Source: the human T2T-CHM13v2.0 reference genome, Homo sapiens
NCBI RefSeq assembly: GCF_009914755.1
Contig: NC_060932.1
DNA: 64,000 bases
Direction: 5' to 3' (one strand)
Notes under the pieces: generated by a model
What the model was told of the DNA's origin: nothing
Databases searched by the model: none
Seen by the model: the letters and a program-made list of their open reading frames with translations, nothing else
Shown: piece by piece, positions 57,278 through 64,000 of the stretch
Layout: every line of letters begins with the position of its first letter
Position numbering within the stretch: the first letter of the stretch is position 1
Position numbers and translations under genes: made by a program

Positions 57278-57803
57278 TTAGGACTTTATTTTTAATCTCT
57301 TTTGTTCTGAAATTATACCAACTTTTAAATTTCATAATCATATTACACTAACACATATTGCTAAATGGTAATCAATATATTTATTTGATTTCTTTGTTTT
57401 TCATCAGAGCACATGCTAAAGGAGTAAGAGTATTTATCTTGTAACCTCCAACTGGCCAATTGTCATCACTAACAAGTAGCATATTCTCATAAATGCACAT
57501 GTGGACACTGACATTTTGTACACAGTTCTTGAGAAATACAAATTTGGCATAACCCTTCACAAGGCATTTCAGTTTATATAGAAACACTGATTCTAAAATA
57601 CCGAGTGCAGATAGAATTTGGCTCCATAAACACAGCAGTCAAACCCAAATGATGAGGAATGAACTGAATGGATGGCTGAACTTGATATACTTGAGTAGTT
57701 CTTCCTTCCTTGGCTGTCATATCAAAAATTAGAAAGAGGCAGCCTAGGGAAGACGTACACCTTACTTACTCTGTATTATTTTCAACTAATGTGTTATCTA
57801 GCA

Positions 57804-58133
57804 CAGAAGTTCTCAAAGTCTTTGATTTCAGAATCCCTTTACATGTTTAAAATTGTTGGGGAATCTCAAAAGAGATTTTGTTTATGTAGGTTATAACTGT
57901 CAATGTTAACTATATTCAAAATTAAAACTGAGAAAAATTTTAATGGCAAGAATCCACAAGCACACATATCATTAGCCATCAGAAGGATGATGCCATCAAG
58001 TTTCATGTAGACTCTGGAAAACTCTATTGTTTACTTGTGGGAGAATGAGAATGAAAAAGGAGATTCTCACAGATACCCTGAAAGAATTGTGCAGACTCCC
58101 AGGGGCCCCTGGACCATACTTTGAGTACTGCTG
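57804..58133. mobile_element. Non-autonomous hAT-Charlie-type DNA transposon
   Basis: 16-bp TIRs CAGAAGTTCTCAAAGT / ACTTTGAGTACTGCTG (14/16 match); degenerate 8-bp TSD atcTAGCA / gcaTAGCA. Confidence 0.75.
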
Positions 58134-59813
58134 GCATAGCACATTAGGTGCAAATAAACACATTTATTGAAACACTAATTAGTGATAGCATAAGGTTATG
58201 GCCAGTATATACTACCGGTACTGCACCTACACAACTATTTTTAATGAGCAATGACCAGAGCTTGCTTGCTTTTGCACTTTTATTGCCACATCAATCAATC
58301 AGTTTCAGTTTCTAGCCAATAGATTATCAAATAGAAAACCCTAAGACAACAACAACATAAAAAGTTTTGAAAGGACAATTGTCTACCTTGTTTGAAATCT
58401 TTGTTTATAATGATATAAAAGGAGACAGGTGGAAAGAAGGGGAGGGAGGGAATGTTTGATGGATTCAATGAAGGCTGAAATTAAACATCTTAACAACCAC
58501 CAAATTAATCATTCCACCGCTTGCTTTCAGATTCATAACATTATGAGATACCACGTAGATAGAGAAAAAAGTCTAAATGGGTCTAATTATAGTATTTATT
58601 ATTGAATTTTAAAGTGCTGCATTTGACACAGTCTCTTATAAAACTCTTATAAAACATTCAGAGCTGCCCTAGCTGTTCCATGGCTTAGATCCCCTTTTCC
58701 CTTTCCTTCTCAATTTAATAAGTTTGCAAATAAAGGCATAAATAAATGATAATGATGTCTTCTATTTTTAAGCATTTTGTTATCTGTTATTTAATCTGAG
58801 AGTCAGAATAGAGTGAACTAATGCTCTCTTTAGCAAACTGTAAATACCCTTTGAACAAGAATTTGAATCTACATACTTCTTAGATACTATAGTCATTGCT
58901 TTCTTGCTTCTGCTTTGAGTGTTCTTTACAATTTTCAGCCTGTTGCCCATTTCAAGTAGATTAGAGAGTCAAATAAATCATCCCAGTAGAGGACAATCTT
59001 AAAATGAAATGTCGGTTGGGGAAATAGCTTTTCCATTTATTAATATTAATTTTTAACTTTACCATATGTTCCGTTCATTTTTCTGCCTCTGAAAGTCAGA
59101 GCTCATGGTGTGCATGTGTTTTTCTGAAGAGTTGAAAGAATGATGTTACCCACCCAGTGGTCAGTTTATAGCATTCCCATTCCCAGTTCTTTATCCTGAT
59201 TTTAGCTCAATCCCAGGTATGGCCACATTCTGGTAAATCCCTTAAGCAAGAAATACTGCAGCCAATTTAAACAAAAGAAAGGGAGGGAGTGCTGCTGTGA
59301 AAGGCAGCCATGCCAATGGGAAAAAACGAAATCAACTATTTGCCAATACTCTGTGGCCTGAGGGTTAACGTAGTGTCCAAACAGAACTTATTAAATGAGC
59401 TTTAATATTGAAGCATCACAGAGTCGGGAAAAGAATCAACCAACTCAAGGTGATGAAATGTTTTTCTGTTTCAGCACTGAGTTTTATCTTCAGAAAGTCG
59501 GATAAACACAATGTATTAGAAGTATGTCTTATATTACTAATTTTTAGAAGACTATATTTTTATTGGGTATAAGTTGGAATATAATTTATTTATGAATGTA
59601 TTTATATTTGTATTAATAAGCCCAACAAGATGACATCGTGCATTCAAATCTGTTTGTATTGTGTAGATGAATATAGTGGTTGGTAAAGTTAAAACCAGGA
59701 AACTTTTGAAATTGTCAAATTAGGAAGAGAGTGGCTATCAATTGAATTTTCATAAGCAACTTAATCTGTTGGTTTAAGCAAAAAGGGGACTATAAAAATG
59801 TTATGAAATCACT

Positions 59814-60173
<360 letters not shown>

Positions 60174-61022
60174 TCATAGTCTATACCACTATACCCTCCT
60201 TCTTCCTCCCTGTAAAAGTCCTCTCTACAAATCACGGAAGTAAGAAAATAGATGCTTGAAAGAACGAAAGAAAAAAGTACAGAAAAAAAGAAAAACTAAA
60301 TGTTTTTACTAACTAAAACAATGACTGAGGATTATAGGTTTTGTCATGGGCTTTTTAATGTGACATTAAAATACCTGACTTAAAAGCAGATGCATAAAAA
60401 TACTACCAAAATGTACTTAGACATTTCATGTATATTAATATTATGTTATCCTCCTGAGTCTTAAAGGATGTTTTTTTCCTAACAAGATAATATCAGCAGC
60501 CACTTATTTTTGTCTGTCCTTTGTAGTATTTCAGTCTCACACTAACTCTGCAAGGTAGTTGGTTAGGATTTTAACCCAGATACTTTTTTCTCCAAATCCT
60601 TTATTCTTTCCACTTAGGCTAAAATACTGTCTAAGCCACTGCCTTCTGGAAAAGAATACATATTTCCCTCTATACCTTTCATGTTAGAGTTAATAAGACT
60701 CACTCACCAAGGAAGGGAGTGGGGTGGGAGTGGCATGGGAGAAGAGACTAAACTCTAGCTACTTGTGTAAGATGGATTCTGACGATAACCAAGTAACTTT
60801 CCGTTTCTGGAGGCAATAAAACTCACACTAAACAAACAAACACTGACTTTCTCTTTGCTGTAGACACCAATACACTCTTGCCATTATGTCCAGCAACAAA
60901 CTTGTTACATTGGGTTTTCTTATAAGTAGATTGGGAAAAGACCATGGTCCAACGGGGCCAGCATTTGGTAGCCTAAAAATTGTAGCAGCAATAGCTATAA
61001 GATGATGTTTCTCTATTTTCTG

Positions 61023-61997
61023 AAAAAGATGACAAAAAAGAAAAATGAGGAAGAGAAAGAAAAAGAAAGAAGGAAGGAAGGAAGGGAAGAAAGAAAGAAA
61101 GAAAGAAAGAGTAAGGAAGAAAGAAAGAGAAGGGAAGGAAGGAAGGGAGGAAGGGAGGGAGAGAGGGAGTGAGGTGGGAGGAAGGAAAGAAAGAAAAAGA
61201 GAGAAAAGAAGAAAGAAGAAAGAAAACAAGAAAAGAAGAAAGGAAGAAAGCAAAAGAAAGCAAGAAAGGGAAGGATGTAAGGAAGGAAGGAAGGAAGGAA
61301 GAAGGGAGGGAGAGAGGAATGGAGGGAGGTGGGAGGAAGGAAAGAAAGAAAAAGAAAGGAAGGAAGGAGGAGGAAGGAAGGAAAGAAAGAAAGAAAAAGG
61401 AAGGAAGGAAGAAAAAAGAAAAGAAAAAAGAAGGAAGGAAGGAAAGAAAGAAAGAGAAAGGAAGGAAGGAGAGAAGAAAAGAAAAAAGAAAGAAAGAAAA
61501 AAGGAGGGAAGGAAGGAAGGAAAAAAGGAAGGACGAAGGGAGGGAGGGAGGAATGGAGTAGCGGCAGGAAGGAAGGAAAGAAAGAAAAAGGAAGGAAGGA
61601 AAGAAAGTAGGAAGAGAAAGGAAGGAAAGAAAGTAAAAGGAAGGAAGAAGGAAAAAAGAAAAGAAGAAAGAGAGAAGGAAGGAAAGAAGGAAGAAAGAAA
61701 GAGAGAAGTGAAAAGAAAAGAAAGAGAAAGAAAGAAGCAAGAAAGGAGGGAAGGAAGGAGAGAGAAAGAAAGGAGGGAGGGAGGGAGGAAGGAGAAAGAA
61801 AAAGAGGGAAAGAAAGAGAGAAAGAAAGGAAGAAAGAAAGAAAGGAAGGAAGAAAGGAAGGAAGGAAGGATGCAAGGGAAAGAGAAAGAAAGAGAGAAAA
61901 AAACAAGCAAGAAAGGAGGGAAGAAAGGAAGGAAAGAGAGAGAAAGGAAAGGAGGGAGGGAGAGAGAGAGGAAGGGTGGAAGGAAGGAAGGAAGGAA
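61023..61997. repeat. ~975-bp polypurine (GGAA/GAAA/GGGA) low-complexity tract
   Basis: Almost exclusively A/G on the + strand; the source of all long ORFs in the track between 60828 and 62114. Confidence 0.98.
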
Positions 61998-63639
61998 GTC
62001 AGTCAAGACCAAAACACCATATGAAAAACTTAAAAATATGCCAATATCGTAACAACAATAGGGAGCGAATTTCAACTTAAAAGATCTCCTGCTATGTGCC
62101 AAACATAAAGCCATGATTACTATTTGTATTTAGTCAGTGGCATTTGCCACTTGGTTACCAATCTGTCAACAGTGCTTAATAGTTGAATTATAGTCAGGTA
62201 AGAGATGACTCCTAACCCACTGAGATGTTAATAAAAAAGTATAGAGATTCATCTTCATTTTTACATTGTATTTATTTGGGGCTATGAGATAATTTTGATT
62301 TGTCTTTGACATGAAGCATAAACTACCAATTTTAAAGTGGTCTCTATAGGGATTCTCATGCGGGCAATCAATGACATTTGGATCTCTCTAAAGAGGTAAC
62401 AGTAAAACTTATTGTTTTCAAACCCTAAGTCATGAAACTCTATATAATATTTAAATTCTCTTACTGGGGCCCAATAAGTAAAATAGATAAAAGTGTAATG
62501 CTTTGGTGAACTCTGATTGGAAAGTGCTCAAGACCCTCCCCAATATCAGACCTTCATCTCCACCCTCAACCACTCTCTCAAGAATAAGACTTGATGTATT
62601 CCTCAGAACTCCATGGAACTTAATTATTTAATATGATCAATTACATAATTAACTGATTTTTAAATTTAAACTGAAAACCAATTGTTATCTGAGCTGCAAC
62701 TATAGAGTGATTAATTTTTTAATAACAAGAATACTATGATTTATACAATCCCATGAGTGCTGTTCACTTCAGTGTAGTCCAATTTGGAAACGAGGCACTT
62801 ATTCCACTAATGATAACATTGTTCAAAATAGTTTCGAAATGTCTGTTTCAGTACTGTCCCTTACATGGTCTTCTAGATTCTGTCAATATTGTCCATTATA
62901 AAATTTTGAAATCAAAGTTGATATTTTGTAATAATCAAAATCATTCAAAACAAAAACTGTTGATGGCTGTAAATGGTTTGGCAGAATAATACTGCTTTTT
63001 TACTTATTCATTTGTTTTAGTGAAACTTCCATGTGACTACAAAACATTAAGATTTCTTTGTGCTGCTTAAATACTTTTTTAAAAAGAAAAAAAAAAAACC
63101 AGAGGAAATGTAAAAGCAATGTAATTTTTAAAAAGAATAGAATTTTATAAAGTGGTTATTTTGAAGATGACAACTCTTTTGTGAATGTATAAATTCTTGG
63201 TAAATAGCACCACTTTTAAATAAGAATTTTTCATATAGGAATAATCTCCTGCTAAAAATCTTGACAGCTCAGTGTTTTCCATTACAAATCAAGGGAAATT
63301 CTATCAGCTCTTTATTTATTATGAAAGTTTATGGTAAAAATTAATTGGCTAGTTTCTCCATGGAACATTAATGGCACTCAAAATATGCTATTTTAAAACA
63401 AGACATTATGATCGGAAAAAAACAATTAGAGGTATAAGGAGATGAGAAAGAATTTCAGCAAAACCACATTTGGATTGACTTTTAAAATATTTTTTCTTAC
63501 ATTTTAATAATATTTAATAAGGGTTATTTGAAGATGATGATTTTAAGGAGTAACACAAATTTTCATAAGATGATAAAATACAGAGCAGAAGAGTCAGCCT
63601 GGGAAAGTCTGACTGTATATTGGGAGGTCACTAAGACTG

Positions 63640-63850
63640 AAATTCAATTAAATACTTGAGGCTGTCTGCCATGCTCCAAACACTTGCACAAACTGTCAGT
63701 CATTTAATCTTCAAGGCAATCTTTCGAGGTACATAATATTACCTTTGTGTTAGAAATGAAAGAAACAAGACTTACAGATGTAAAATTATTTGCCCACAAC
63801 TTCTGATGAAACTGTCTTCTAGCTCTAAACCCAATGCCCTTTCTATTACT
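63640..63850 (+). mobile_element. MIR relic
   Basis: 'catttaatcttcaaggcaatcttt...aaatgaaagaaacaagacttacag...tttgcccaca'. Confidence 0.55.
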
Positions 63851-64000
63851 TCATTTGAACTCGGGGGCTAAAGCCCACAAGCTAAGCATCATCAATCAGG
63901 GAAAATCAGGCAACAAGGGAATTCTAACAGATTAGAATACAAGATGAAGGTGGCCCCACGATCCAGTTACTTGGAGAGGAAGCACTGATGGAGATGTGAC

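Noticed and set aside
60828-62114. Longest ORFs in the window (428, 335, 300 and 297 aa; F/L/S/P-rich or K/E/R/G-rich)
   Set aside because: Artefacts of the polypurine tract, which is nearly free of stop codons on both strands; open in several frames on both strands

Overview
Primate (very probably human) genomic DNA, AT-rich and CpG-depleted, not a prokaryotic locus. I found no CRISPR array, rRNA/tRNA gene, operon or multi-exon protein-coding gene that I can recognise. Much of the window is interspersed repeats: ten Alus, MIR/L2/L3/HAL1 relics, a 5'-truncated L1PA, several hAT and Tigger MITEs, many solo LTRs, a two-LTR MLT1 MaLR, and a near-full-length, coding-dead HERV-L provirus (30392-36933, minus strand, MLT2A LTRs, perfect ATCAC target-site duplication; gag-pro-pol-dUTPase, no env). 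The main leads are: (i) asymmetric remodelling of the HERV-L LTRs, where the 5' LTR has a 121-bp tandem duplication doubling a DUX4-like site but lacks the LTR splice donor, while the outward-facing 3' LTR keeps the donor and could start a chimeric embryonic transcript; (ii) a TATA/CpG/Kozak/donor-defined candidate first exon at ~41145-41366; (iii) a MER53 hairpin whose arm is 2 nt from mature miR-1302 with an intact seed; (iv) TSD-resolved nested insertions; (v) a ~1-kb polypurine tract built from block duplications. Repeat family names come from recalled consensus sequences, not from a database search, so subfamily labels are provisional.
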